Source of the DNA: Candidatus Omnitrophota bacterium
GTDB lineage: Bacteria; Omnitrophota; Gorgyraeia; B26-G9
NCBI GenBank assembly: GCA_018817165.1
Contig: JAHITY010000101.1
Span: forward strand, 278 to 64,277
Length of the DNA: 64,000 bases
Direction of reading: 5' to 3'
The notes beneath the pieces were generated by a model. It saw only the letters and a program-made list of their open reading frames with translations. It had not been told where the DNA came from and did no database searches. A program made the translations under genes and the position numbers. Of the stretch, positions 1-10,257 are shown piece by piece (the stretch's first letter is position 1; each line of letters starts with the position of its first letter).

Positions 1-44
1 GTACACGTAAAGGACCGCTTCGTAATATCACTAGAAAAAAATAG
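1..44 (+). CDS. rpsM: 30S ribosomal protein S13, 3' end (partial)
   Basis: Frame 3 reads TRKGPLRNITRKK*, matching the S13 C-terminal RTRKG motif; directly upstream of rpsK. Confidence 0.9.
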   Translation, partial: TRKGPLRNITRKK

Positions 45-110
45 GACAATATGTTTGTTCTAAGTTCATTCGTCCTAATATTAATTAGGGGCTCATGAAG
101 GAGAGGGATT

Positions 111-503
111 GTGGCAAATAAGAAAAAAGTAAAAGCACGCAAAAAAGTTGTCAGGCATGTAACTGAGGGTGTTGCCCATATTCAAGCAACATTCAATAAT
201 ACAATTATTACAATTACCGATAATCAAGGTAATGCGATATCCTGGGCAAGCGCTGGCACAAGTGGTTTTAAGGGGTCAAGAAAATCAACTCCTTTTGCAG
301 CGCAGGTAGCAGCAACTAATGCAGCAAAAAGAGCTAAAGAATCAGGTATGAAGGAAATCTCGGTATATGTTAAGGGACCTGGTTCGGGTAGAGAGTCTGC
401 TATTAGGGCAATACAAGCAGCAGGGATACAGGTAACTTTCATTAAGGATGTTACTCCAGTTCCACATAATGGATGCCGTCCTCCGAAGCGAAGACGTGTA
501 TAA
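111..503 (+). CDS. rpsK: 30S ribosomal protein S11
   Basis: [38 protein letters not shown]; GTG start after a GGAGG SD. Confidence 0.99.
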   Translation: MANKKKVKARKKVVRHVTEGVAHIQATFNNTIITITDNQGNAISWASAGTSGFKGSRKSTPFAAQVAATNAAKRAKESGMKEISVYVKGPGSGRESAIRAIQAAGIQVTFIKDVTPVPHNGCRPPKRRRV

Positions 504-571
504 TACTGGTTTAGTTTAAAGAGAATAGTTAAAGTTAAAAATAGAAAAGAAAGAGAATAATTGGAGGAATA

Positions 572-1210
572 ATGGCACGATACACAGGACCGTCTTGTAG
601 GATTTGTCGTCGAGAGGGATCTAAATTGTTTCTAAAGGGTGCACGTTGCGCAACTGATAAGTGTGCTTTTACAAGACGCAGTTATCCATCAGGACAGCAT
701 GGCGCGAGCAGAGGAAAAGGGCGCAGTAAGGTATCTGATTACGGATTGCAGCTTCGAGAAAAGCAAAAAGTTAAAAGAATTTACGGGGTTCTTGAACGTC
801 AGTTTAGAAGATATTTCTATGAGGCTGATCGTTTGGAAGGTGTTACCGGTGAATTACTGTTGCAGTTATTGGAAAGAAGACTTGATAATGTTATTCTGCG
901 TAGTGGATTTGCAGTGTCATTAACTCAAGCTAGGCAGTTTGTTCGTTATGGGCATGTTCAGGTAAATGGGAAAAAGGTGGATATTCCTTCTTTTATGGTT
1001 GTTCCTGGATTAAGCATTCAGATGAAAGCAAAGCCTAGTGTTATAAAGTTAGTTAATGAAAATTTAGAGATCACCAAGTCTAGGACAATTCCTTCTTGGT
1101 TAAAAATTGATACAGCGAATCTTAAATCTGAGGTTATTAAATTGCCTTTGAGAGATGAAGTGCCTTTTGCTGTACAGGAACAGTTGATTGTTGAATTGTA
1201 CTCCAAATAA
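572..1210 (+). CDS. rpsD: 30S ribosomal protein S4 (Zn-binding Cys form)
   Basis: MARYTGPSCRICRREG, YGLQLREKQK, LERRLDNV. Confidence 0.99.
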   Translation: MARYTGPSCRICRREGSKLFLKGARCATDKCAFTRRSYPSGQHGASRGKGRSKVSDYGLQLREKQKVKRIYGVLERQFRRYFYEADRLEGVTGELLLQLLERRLDNVILRSGFAVSLTQARQFVRYGHVQVNGKKVDIPSFMVVPGLSIQMKAKPSVIKLVNENLEITKSRTIPSWLKIDTANLKSEVIKLPLRDEVPFAVQEQLIVELYSK

Positions 1211-1240
1211 TAAATATTTGGAGCCTAAGGAGGTATGTTT

Positions 1241-2227
1241 ATGGGTGCACGCTGGAAAGATTTTCAAATGCCAAAAAGCATTATATGCGAAGAAGAGACC
1301 TTAACGAATACTTATGGTAAATTTATCGCTGAACCTTTTGAACGTGGTTATGGAATCACAATAGGAAATACTTTAAGACGCGTATTGCTTTCTTCGATTG
1401 AAGGAGCAGCGATTACTTCTGTTAAAATCGACAGTGTTTTGCATGAGTTTTCTTCAGTTGAAGGAGTTAAAGAAGATATTGCTCAGATAATTCTTAATTT
1501 AAAACGGGTTGTTTTAAAAGTTCATGGCAGCGGAACTAAAAAGATTTATTTAAAAGTTGAAAAGAAGGAAGAAGCTACTGCTGGAGATTTGATTGTTGAT
1601 GAAACAATCGAGATTATGAATCCAGATTGGCATATTGCTACATTAGCAAAAGATGCAAAATTGAGTATGGAACTTACCGTTACAAAGGGTAGAGGCTATG
1701 TCACTACGGAACGTTTAAACAGTGATGGTAAAACTATTGGCGATATTAAAATAGATGCTATTTATACCCCGGTAACAAAAGTAAATTTCAATGTTGAGAA
1801 TGCGAGAGTTGGACAAATTACTGACTATGACCGCTTGATTCTTGAAATATGGACAAATGGCAGTATTGTCCCGGGCGATGCTTTATTGCATGCCGCTAAT
1901 ATTTCGCAAAGACATTTGGATATCTTCATGAAATTTGGACATATTGAAGAAGAGGAAGTTGAAGAAGCAAAACCCGATGTAGATGAAGAACTTTTAGAAA
2001 AATTAAAAATGCAAGTTAGCGAATTGGATTTGTCAGTAAGAAGCGCTAATTGTTTAAAAGAAGCCAGACTGAAGACTGTGGAAGAAGTAGTTCAAAGAAC
2101 TGAACTTGAAATGTTGAAATATCGTAATTTCGGAAAGAAATCTCTAACGGAAATTAATGCAATTTTGCAAACCATGGGATTATCTTTTGGAATGAAGCTC
2201 GATACTATTCTAAAGAAAAAGGGATAA
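1241..2227 (+). CDS. rpoA: RNA polymerase subunit alpha
   Basis: EPFERGYGITIGNTLRRVLLSS, LSVRSANCL, NFGKKSLTEI; ATG at 1241 fits SD AAGGAGGT spacing better than 1235. Confidence 0.99.
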   Translation: MGARWKDFQMPKSIICEEETLTNTYGKFIAEPFERGYGITIGNTLRRVLLSSIEGAAITSVKIDSVLHEFSSVEGVKEDIAQIILNLKRVVLKVHGSGTKKIYLKVEKKEEATAGDLIVDETIEIMNPDWHIATLAKDAKLSMELTVTKGRGYVTTERLNSDGKTIGDIKIDAIYTPVTKVNFNVENARVGQITDYDRLILEIWTNGSIVPGDALLHAANISQRHLDIFMKFGHIEEEEVEEAKPDVDEELLEKLKMQVSELDLSVRSANCLKEARLKTVEEVVQRTELEMLKYRNFGKKSLTEINAILQTMGLSFGMKLDTILKKKG

Positions 2228-2231
2228 TGAT

Positions 2232-2798
2232 ATGCGTCATAGAAATGGTAATAAGCGTTTAGGCAGACAAAGCGCTCATAGAAAAGCGGTTTTAAAAAAT
2301 CAGGTTAAAAGTCTTTTAACTAAAGAAAGAATCAGCACTACCTTGAGTTTAGCTAAAGAATCGAGGCGTTTAGCTGAAAAGCTTATTACCTTGGGTAAAA
2401 ATGATACTGTTGCTGCTCGCAGACAGGCATTTGAAGTCTTAGCTGATAGAGATCTGGTGAAACTTTTATTTTCTGAGCTTGCGCCTCGTTTTGCTAGTAG
2501 GGCTGGAGGATATACGAGAATTGTTCATTTAGGAAATAGACGCGGAGATAATGCTGAACTGGCGATTCTTGAATTAACTGAAATGAAAAAAGTAGAAGAA
2601 AAAACAGTTAAAGAAAAGAAACCAAAAAAAGCAAAAAAAGAGACTGTTGCGAAAATAGAGAAAAAAGAAACAAAAACAACAGCTAAGTCTAAAAAAACAG
2701 AAGAAAAAGCAAAAGAAAATAAAAAAACAGAAGAAGAAGATAAAAAAGGGTTCATGGGCGGATTAAGGAAATTTCTTAAGCAAGATAAGGCGGAATAA
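2232..2798 (+). CDS. rplQ: 50S ribosomal protein L17 with Lys/Glu-rich C-terminal extension
   Basis: MRHR..LGR, GGYTRI, RRGDNAE; last gene of the alpha operon. Confidence 0.98.
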   Translation: MRHRNGNKRLGRQSAHRKAVLKNQVKSLLTKERISTTLSLAKESRRLAEKLITLGKNDTVAARRQAFEVLADRDLVKLLFSELAPRFASRAGGYTRIVHLGNRRGDNAELAILELTEMKKVEEKTVKEKKPKKAKKETVAKIEKKETKTTAKSKKTEEKAKENKKTEEEDKKGFMGGLRKFLKQDKAE

Positions 2799-2805
2799 AT
2801 AAAAC

Positions 2806-3969
2806 ATGAAATTTGCAGCGCGTGTTAAGAGTTTAACATCATCACCAACATTGGCAATTACCAGCAAGGCAAAGCAGCTTAAAAAAAATGGTATTGATGT
2901 TATAAGTTTTGGCGCTGGGGAGCCGGATTTTGATACTCCATCGCATATTAAGAAAAAAGCTATTCAAGCAATTCATGATGGTTTTACAAAATACACACCG
3001 TCTACAGGAACAGCTGAATTAAAGAAGGCAATTGTTGATAAATTCAGCAGGGATAATAATCTGCATTATGAGCCTTCGCAAATTGTTGTTTCAAATGGGG
3101 CTAAACATTGTTTGTATAGTATTCTGCAAGTTATTTGCGACAAAGATGATGAAATTTTAATCCCTTCACCTTATTGGGTCTCTTATCCTCAGATGGTTAA
3201 AGTTGCCGGCGGCAAACCAGTTTATTTAAAGACAGCAGAGAGAAATAATTTCAAAATTACTCCAGAACAATTTGAAAAAGCAATCAAGGATAAAACAAAA
3301 GCTTTGATCATTAACTCTCCGTCTAATCCCACAGGTTGCGTTTATACACGAGAGGAATTGCAAAGCATTGCGGATATTGCTGCTGATTATGGGATTTATA
3401 TTATCAGCGATGAAATATATGAAAAGCTTATTTATGATGATGCCGAACATGTTTCCATCGCATCATTAAATGAAAAAATGTATTCGCTGACCTTTACGGT
3501 AAATGGCCTATCCAAGGCTTTTTCTATGACTGGTTGGCGGATCGGATATCTTGCAGGGCCCAAAGAGGCAGTGGCAAAGATATCGAATCTACAGGATCAT
3601 TCAACATCGTGCCCTAATTCTATAGCGCAGGTAGCAGCCTTGGAAGCATTAAATGGCGGTGAAGGTTGTATTAATACGATGAAGAAAGAATTTGTAAAGC
3701 GACGTGATTATATTGTGCATCGGATTAATTCTATTGATAAATTAAGTGTAATTAATCCCAAAGGCGCGTTTTATGTTTTTGTTAATATTTCAAAAACAGG
3801 GCTTTCTTCTTTAGATTTTTCCCAAAAGCTACTAGATGAAGCGCAAGTCGCGGTTATTCCGGGCATTGGCTTTGGTGAAGATAAATTTATAAGACTTAGT
3901 TTTGCGACAAGCATGGAGCAGATTGTTAAAGGTCTTGATAGAATAGAAAAGTGGGTAGAACAATTATAA
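2806..3969 (+). CDS. aspC: PLP-dependent class I aminotransferase (aspartate aminotransferase)
   Basis: GEPDFDTP, NSPSNPTG, SDEIYE, SKAFSMTGWRIG. Confidence 0.92.
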   Translation: MKFAARVKSLTSSPTLAITSKAKQLKKNGIDVISFGAGEPDFDTPSHIKKKAIQAIHDGFTKYTPSTGTAELKKAIVDKFSRDNNLHYEPSQIVVSNGAKHCLYSILQVICDKDDEILIPSPYWVSYPQMVKVAGGKPVYLKTAERNNFKITPEQFEKAIKDKTKALIINSPSNPTGCVYTREELQSIADIAADYGIYIISDEIYEKLIYDDAEHVSIASLNEKMYSLTFTVNGLSKAFSMTGWRIGYLAGPKEAVAKISNLQDHSTSCPNSIAQVAALEALNGGEGCINTMKKEFVKRRDYIVHRINSIDKLSVINPKGAFYVFVNISKTGLSSLDFSQKLLDEAQVAVIPGIGFGEDKFIRLSFATSMEQIVKGLDRIEKWVEQL

Positions 3970-4010
3970 TCTGCAGTTTACATAATCTGATACCACATGA
4001 TTGTAACTAC

Positions 4011-4047
4011 AAATATTACCATGCTCAACATGGTAATATTTTTATTT
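4011..4047 (+). terminator. Intrinsic terminator after aspC
   Basis: Perfect 13-bp stem AAATATTACCATG / CATGGTAATATTT, 5-nt loop, followed by T-rich tract. Confidence 0.7.
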
Positions 4048-4127
4048 AGACTAAAAATCTAATTATTCCGCCGCAAAAATAGGAATCTAAATTTCTCGCA
4101 AACATTAGTCAAATAAGGAGGTTAAAA

Positions 4128-5228
4128 TTGGCAAAACATACAGTTACGTTTATCCCGGGCGATGGAATTGGGCCGGAAGTTTCCGATGCAGCAAAGCGGT
4201 GTGTTCTGGCTACCGGAGTTGATATTTATTTCGAAGAAGTGCATGCTGGGGCTGATATCCTTGAAAAAACCGGCACTTTATTGCCTGGATCAGTATTAGA
4301 ATCAATTAAGAAGAATAAAGTTGCGATTAAAGGGCCGATAACTACGCCGGTGGGAAGCGGATTCCGTTCAGTTAATGTTGCTCTGCGCAAAGCTAATGAT
4401 CTTTATGCTTGTGTTCGTCCGTGTAAGACATATAAAGGGGTTCAGACTAAATACGATAATATTGATTTGGTTATTGTCAGAGAAAATACAGAGGATTTAT
4501 ACGCGGGTATTGAGTTTGAATTAGATAAGCCTGAGACTTTGGATTTAATTAGTAAAATTGAAGCAATGTCTGGAGCAAAGATCAGAAAAGATTCTGGGAT
4601 TAGTATTAAACCGATATCGGTTACGGGAACACGGCGGATTGTTAAATACGCATTTGAATACGCGATTAAGCATGGCAGGAAAAAAGTTACCGCAGTGCAT
4701 AAAGCGAATATTATGAAATTCAGTGATGGATTATTTTTAAGCGTTGCCCGAGAGGTAGCCAAAGAGTACGAGGGAGAAGTAGAATTTGAAGATAAAATAG
4801 TTGATAATATGTGTATGCAGCTTGTTCAGCGGCCACAAAATTTTGATGTGCTTGTTCTTCCGAATCTTTACGGGGATATAATTTCTGATTTATGTGCGGG
4901 TTTAATCGGCGGATTAGGTGTTGCCCCGGGAGCAAATATCGGAGAGGAAATTGCTTTGTTTGAAGCAACTCATGGCAGTGCTCCGAAATATAAAGGTAAA
5001 AATCAGATGAATCCTTGCGCAATGATTTTTTCAGCTGTGTTAATGCTTGATTATTTAAAAGAAGAAAAGGCCGCGCAATTACTTGAGCAAGCAACGGCAG
5101 AAATTATTGCTGAAGGTAAATCAGTTACTTATGATTTTAAATCAGATAGGAATGACTCTTCAATAGTCGGAACAAAAGAAATGGCTGATGCTATTATCGA
5201 GAGAATTAAACAACTTAAAAGTGCTTAA
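4128..5228 (+). CDS. icd: Isocitrate dehydrogenase (isocitrate/isopropylmalate dehydrogenase family)
   Basis: PGDGIGPEV, KGPITTPVGSGFRSVN, VHKANIMK, NLYGDIISD, EATHGSAPK; clustered with mdh and aconitase; TTG start after AAGGAGG. Confidence 0.88.
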   Translation: MAKHTVTFIPGDGIGPEVSDAAKRCVLATGVDIYFEEVHAGADILEKTGTLLPGSVLESIKKNKVAIKGPITTPVGSGFRSVNVALRKANDLYACVRPCKTYKGVQTKYDNIDLVIVRENTEDLYAGIEFELDKPETLDLISKIEAMSGAKIRKDSGISIKPISVTGTRRIVKYAFEYAIKHGRKKVTAVHKANIMKFSDGLFLSVAREVAKEYEGEVEFEDKIVDNMCMQLVQRPQNFDVLVLPNLYGDIISDLCAGLIGGLGVAPGANIGEEIALFEATHGSAPKYKGKNQMNPCAMIFSAVLMLDYLKEEKAAQLLEQATAEIIAEGKSVTYDFKSDRNDSSIVGTKEMADAIIERIKQLKSA

Positions 5229-5260
5229 AATAAAGAAACATTAATCTAAAAGGATTTGAT

Positions 5261-6178
5261 ATGAAAGTAAGTGTTATTGGAGCTGGTAATGTGGGAGCAA
5301 CTTTAGCCCAAAGAATAGCTGAGGCAGATATTGCGGATATTGTATTATTGGATATTGCGCAGGGATTGGCCAAGGGCAAGGGGTTGGATTTGTCAGACGC
5401 GCGTTCAATTATTGGACATGATCGCAATATCCTGGGCACAAGTGATTATAATGATATTGCTGATTCTAAAATAGTTGTTATAACTGCCGGATTGGCTCGT
5501 CAGCCGGGGATGACCAGAGAAGATCTTGTAAATAAAAATACGGCGACTATAAAAAAAGTTATTGCTTGTATTTGCGAAAAAGCGCCCGAAGCTATAATAA
5601 TCATGGTTACAAATCCTTTAGATATTTTAACTAATATTGCTTTAAAGATCAGTGGGTTTAATCATAAAAAAGTAATTGGCATGGGCGGATTGCTTGATTC
5701 TTCCCGCTTTGCCAATCTGATAGCCGAAAGATTAAATGCCTCTCCCAGTGAAATTGAGGCCATGGTAATTGGAGCACATGGTCAAAGCATGTTACCTTTG
5801 CCTAGATTTACAAAAGTGGCAGGCAAAAAATTAACGGAATTACTTTCTCAAGCGGAATGTGAAGAACTGTCTAAAGATACAGTTAATCGAGGGGCTAAAA
5901 TTGTAGAGTGTTTGGGCAATGGCAGTGCTTATTATGCGCCTTCCGCCGCGGCATTCGCGATGGTTCAGGCAATAGTAAAAGATGAAAAAAAAGTATTGTC
6001 GGCTTGCGTCTATTTAAATGGAGAATACGGGATAAAAGATGTCTGTATTGGAGTCCCGATAATTTTAGGAGCATCTGGGGTTGAGCAGATTGTTGAATTA
6101 GAACTTACAAAGCAAGAAACTGAAAGCCTAGTTAGCTCGGCAAACGCGGTTAAGTCAGCGGTTGCTGCTTTATCATGA
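5261..6178 (+). CDS. mdh: Malate dehydrogenase (LDH-like)
   Basis: GAGNVG, TAGLARQPGMTREDL, TNPLD, GAHG. Confidence 0.95.
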   Translation: MKVSVIGAGNVGATLAQRIAEADIADIVLLDIAQGLAKGKGLDLSDARSIIGHDRNILGTSDYNDIADSKIVVITAGLARQPGMTREDLVNKNTATIKKVIACICEKAPEAIIIMVTNPLDILTNIALKISGFNHKKVIGMGGLLDSSRFANLIAERLNASPSEIEAMVIGAHGQSMLPLPRFTKVAGKKLTELLSQAECEELSKDTVNRGAKIVECLGNGSAYYAPSAAAFAMVQAIVKDEKKVLSACVYLNGEYGIKDVCIGVPIILGASGVEQIVELELTKQETESLVSSANAVKSAVAALS

Positions 6179-7101
6179 TTAAAAAAAACATAGTTTTTAG
6201 TTTTTTGCTTTTTGTTTTTTTCCTTTCCCAAATAATTTTACTCATATCAGCCAAGCGCGAAATAAGCCGAGAGATGTTGATTATGGGCACTGTTTGCCGG
6301 ATCAGCATTGTTTCAGGAAAAAATCTTAGTCCGCAGCAGGCAGAAGCCGCGCTTAATAATGCATTTGCTTTGCTTAAAGATTATGAGCGCAGATGGAATT
6401 TTTACGCCAAAGACAGCGAGCTTAGCTTGATCAATGCGCAGGCTTTTAACCAGTCTGTAAAATTATTGCCAGACACCCGCGAGATTGTCAGCAAATCTTT
6501 AGAACTTTCTGCTTTAACCAATGGCGCTTTTGATATTACAGCAACCTCTTTACAGCGGCAAGGTGGCTATGGTACTATTATTTTAGAGCCTCATGCTCAA
6601 TCGGTTATGTTTAGTGATTTGCAGACAAAAATAGATCTGGGCGGTATTGCAACAGGTTATGCCATTGATCAGGTTCGGGAAGTTTTTAAGAATAATAAAG
6701 TGAATAATTACTTGATTGATATTGGCGGAGATATTTACGCGTCTGGGAAAAATCAAAAAAATAAATTTTGGGAAATTGGAGTGCGGAATCCCTTTGACCA
6801 AAATATTATAATTTCCGATTTTCCGATTAAAGATCAAGCGGTTACTACCTCGGGTAATTATCTGAAAAAGCATATTATTGATCCGCAGACAGCTGTTTTG
6901 GCGGATAATAATATTGAAAGTGTTACAGTAATTAGCGATAGTTGTTTAGAGGCAGATGCCTTAGCTACAGCTTTTTTTATTATGGGCATAGAGCAATCAA
7001 AAGTTTTTATTGATAATTATAAAAATGATATTCAAGTATTGTTTGTGAAAAACATGAAAAATACTCCTGAGATTGTGAAATATAATTGGAAAAAAGATTA
7101 G
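6175..7101 (+). CDS. apbE: FAD:protein FMN transferase ApbE
   Basis: MGT, GAFDIT, DLGGIATGY, IGGDI, TSGNY, HIIDP, ADALATA; N-terminal membrane anchor. Confidence 0.92.
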   Translation: MIKKNIVFSFLLFVFFLSQIILLISAKREISREMLIMGTVCRISIVSGKNLSPQQAEAALNNAFALLKDYERRWNFYAKDSELSLINAQAFNQSVKLLPDTREIVSKSLELSALTNGAFDITATSLQRQGGYGTIILEPHAQSVMFSDLQTKIDLGGIATGYAIDQVREVFKNNKVNNYLIDIGGDIYASGKNQKNKFWEIGVRNPFDQNIIISDFPIKDQAVTTSGNYLKKHIIDPQTAVLADNNIESVTVISDSCLEADALATAFFIMGIEQSKVFIDNYKNDIQVLFVKNMKNTPEIVKYNWKKD

Positions 7102-7155
7102 CAATATAGTTTAATTTAAGAATTATTAATTTTATCAGACAAACATGAGGTTGAT

Positions 7156-9099
7156 ATGGCAGATAATCTTACGTATAAAATTCTGCGCAAACATCTGGCA
7201 GAAGGGGAACTTGTTCCAGGCAAGGAAATCGGGATAACAATTGATCAAACATTAACTCAAGATGCTACTGGAACAATGGCTTATTTGCAGTTTGAATCCA
7301 TGGGTATTGATAAGATTAGAACAGAAATATCGGTGAGCTATGTTGATCATAATACCTTGCAGCAGGGCTTTGAAAATGCTGATGACCATAAATATTTACA
7401 AACAGTAGCGGCTAAATACGGAGTCCATTTTTCCCGGCCGGGCAATGGGATATGCCATCAAGTTCATTTGGAGCGTTTTGGTAAACCAGCTAAAACTTTA
7501 TTGGGCAGCGATAGCCATACTCCTACTGGCGGCGGGATAGGGATGATATCCATTGGTGCCGGAGGCTTGGATGTCGCGGTCGCTATGGGTGGGGGATTAT
7601 TTTATTTAATTGCCCCTGAGGTTATTAAAATTGAACTTAATGGTAAATTGCGGCCATGGGTTTCGGCAAAAGACATTATTTTACATGTCCTGAGCATTCT
7701 TTCAACTAAAGGTAATGTGAATAAAGTTTTAGAATATTGTGGCGAGGGAATAAAAAATCTGAGTGTTCCTGAGCGTGCCACGATTACCAATATGGGCGCG
7801 GAAACAGGTGTCACAACCAGTATTTTTCCTTCAGATGAAGTCACGCGAGATTTTTTAAAAGCTCAGTCAAGAATTACTGATTGGCAGGAGATGAGTGCTG
7901 ATAAGGATGCACAGTATTCCCAAATTATAAAAATAGATTTAGACCAAGTTGTTCCCATGGTTGCTTTACCGCATTCTCCGGGGAATGTTGTTTGTGTAAA
8001 AGAATTGGCTGGGAAAAAAGTTGATCAGGTTGAAATCGGAAGCTGTACAAATGCATCGCTTAGTGATTTAACAATTGTGGGCAATATTTTGAAAAATAAA
8101 AAAGTTCATTGGGATGTATCCGTGTCTATTGCTCCTGGCTCTCGACAGGTTTTTTCAATGATTTCCAAAAGCGGAGTTTTGGCGATGATGATCGATGCCG
8201 GAGCGAGAATCATGGAAAGTGTATGCGGTTTTTGTATTGGTTGCGGACAAGCTCCCCAAACTAATGCTGTATCTGTGCGGACAAATAATCGCAATTTTGA
8301 AGGTAGAAGCGGAACTGCCAGTGCGGGGATTTATCTGGTATCGCCTCAAATAGCAGCGCTTTGCGCTATTTATGGTGAATTTATTGATCCTTTAACCACT
8401 GATGTTGGGCAAATACCGGCAATTGATTTGCCCAAGAATTTTGATATTGATGATAGCATGATTATTTTCCCACAGGAGGCCTCGTTAAACATAGATGTTT
8501 TTAGAGGTCCGAATATTGGAGCTCCGCCAAAAAATATGGCTTTAAATAATCAGCTGAAGGGGCAGATAGGGATAAAAGTGGGTGATAAAATCACTACTGA
8601 TCATATTATGCCGGCTGGGCCAAGGCTGAAATTTCGCTCAAATATTAAAAAGTATTCAACATTTGTCTTTGAAGGCTTGGATCCTAATTTTTCTAAAAAT
8701 GCCGAAAAACTTCGCGATTCGGGTAATGCGGTTTTTATTCTTGCCGGCGATAGTTATGGGCAGGGGTCAAGTCGGGAGCATGCCGCATTATGTCCGATGT
8801 ATTTAGGAGTAAAGGCGGTGCTTGCTAAGTCTTTGGAACGGATACATGCCGCTAATCTGGTTAATTTTGGAATTTTGCCATTGATTTTTTCTGAGGCAAA
8901 AGACTATGCTAATATGGCCCAAGGGGATCAGCTGGTGATAAGTAATATTATTGAAGCTTTAGATAATAATCAAGACCTGATTATTGAAAATTTAACTAAA
9001 AAAACAAAAGCGAAAATGAAATACACCTTGTCTTTGAGGCAAAAAGAAATTCTTAAATCAGGTGGACTATTAAATTATACTAAAATTAAATCAGAATAG
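7156..9099 (+). CDS. Aconitate hydratase (short ~650-aa type)
   Basis: QDATG, GSDSHT, GSCTN, CGFCIG, NRNFEGR, TTDHI, GSSREHAA. Confidence 0.93.
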   Translation: MADNLTYKILRKHLAEGELVPGKEIGITIDQTLTQDATGTMAYLQFESMGIDKIRTEISVSYVDHNTLQQGFENADDHKYLQTVAAKYGVHFSRPGNGICHQVHLERFGKPAKTLLGSDSHTPTGGGIGMISIGAGGLDVAVAMGGGLFYLIAPEVIKIELNGKLRPWVSAKDIILHVLSILSTKGNVNKVLEYCGEGIKNLSVPERATITNMGAETGVTTSIFPSDEVTRDFLKAQSRITDWQEMSADKDAQYSQIIKIDLDQVVPMVALPHSPGNVVCVKELAGKKVDQVEIGSCTNASLSDLTIVGNILKNKKVHWDVSVSIAPGSRQVFSMISKSGVLAMMIDAGARIMESVCGFCIGCGQAPQTNAVSVRTNNRNFEGRSGTASAGIYLVSPQIAALCAIYGEFIDPLTTDVGQIPAIDLPKNFDIDDSMIIFPQEASLNIDVFRGPNIGAPPKNMALNNQLKGQIGIKVGDKITTDHIMPAGPRLKFRSNIKKYSTFVFEGLDPNFSKNAEKLRDSGNAVFILAGDSYGQGSSREHAALCPMYLGVKAVLAKSLERIHAANLVNFGILPLIFSEAKDYANMAQGDQLVISNIIEALDNNQDLIIENLTKKTKAKMKYTLSLRQKEILKSGGLLNYTKIKSE

Positions 9100-9127
9100 A
9101 ATTAGGCGCAAAGAAAGGTTTTGGATT

Positions 9128-9799
9128 ATGTCTAGACTTGTATTTGATATCGAGACTGTTGGAGTAGAATTTGAAAGTCTGGATAAAACTTCGCAAGAAG
9201 CTTTATTAAAAAATGCAAAAACAGAAGAAGAACAGCAATTGGTTAAAGACTCCTTAGCGCTTTCGCCACTTACCGGGCAGATTGTGGCAATTGGGGTTGT
9301 GGATTATGATACTAATGATGGAATCGTTTTTTTTCAAAGTTCAAATAGTAAAGATAAGAATTTCGAAAAAGATAATAGTAAGTATGTTATCTGCAGCGAA
9401 AAAGAAATCATAGAGAATTTTTGGAAAATAGTTACTAAATATACTCAAATAGTTACTTATAATGGCCGCGGGTTTGATTGTCCGTTTATTATGCTTAGAT
9501 CCGCTGTGCACAGATGCAAGCCAACCCGAGATATTATGCCCTATCGTTTTGACATAAAATCGCATATTGATTTATACGATCAAATCACCTTTTATGGTGC
9601 AATGCGTAGAGGGTTTAGTTTGCATATGGTCAGCCAGGCATTAGGGATTAAAAGTCCTAAAGAAGAAGGTGTTAGCGGCGCAATGGTCAGTGATTATTTC
9701 AAACAGGGAAAGTCACTTGAAATAGCGGAGTATTGTTTGCGGGATGTTAGAGCAACAAAAGAATTGTGTGAGATTTGGCAGAAGCATATTAAGCTTTAA
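9128..9799 (+). CDS. Stand-alone DEDDy 3'-5' exonuclease (PolB-exo/RNase H-like)
   Basis: FDIET (ExoI), YNGRGFD (ExoII), YCLRDV (ExoIII). Confidence 0.85.
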   Translation: MSRLVFDIETVGVEFESLDKTSQEALLKNAKTEEEQQLVKDSLALSPLTGQIVAIGVVDYDTNDGIVFFQSSNSKDKNFEKDNSKYVICSEKEIIENFWKIVTKYTQIVTYNGRGFDCPFIMLRSAVHRCKPTRDIMPYRFDIKSHIDLYDQITFYGAMRRGFSLHMVSQALGIKSPKEEGVSGAMVSDYFKQGKSLEIAEYCLRDVRATKELCEIWQKHIKL

Positions 9800-9843
9800 T
9801 TTTAAAATTAGTATTTATCGGAGCAGATAAATAGGAGAGAAAT

Positions 9844-10239
9844 ATGGAGCTTATTGTCGATTATAAGGGAAAAATGAGTTTCGCAGCTCAATGCGGTAAT
9901 CATCAGTTAATCATTGATTTGCCGCAGACAAATGGCGGTGCAGATCAAGGGGCAACGCCTCCTCAGCTGTTTTTGGTGAGTCTTGCCAGTTGTGTTGGTG
10001 TGTATATTGCTAGTTATTGTAATAATGTGGGAATTAATACCGCGGGTATGCAAATAAAAATTAGCGCGGAAAAAGCGCATAACCCTGATCGATTGGATAA
10101 GATAAAGGTTGATGTTAAGATGCCCAATGCAGAATTGGGAAAACGGAAAAGTGCAGTTTTAGCTGTTGCTAAGAAATGCTTAATCCATAATACAATCCAC
10201 AATAATCCTGCTGTTGATATTGATATTATTGCGGAGTAA
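9844..10239 (+). CDS. OsmC family protein
   Basis: D.P..GG.D.G.TP, LASC and KKCLIHNT two-Cys pattern. Confidence 0.88.
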   Translation: MELIVDYKGKMSFAAQCGNHQLIIDLPQTNGGADQGATPPQLFLVSLASCVGVYIASYCNNVGINTAGMQIKISAEKAHNPDRLDKIKVDVKMPNAELGKRKSAVLAVAKKCLIHNTIHNNPAVDIDIIAE

Positions 10240-10257
10240 AAATAATGGTGTAAATAA

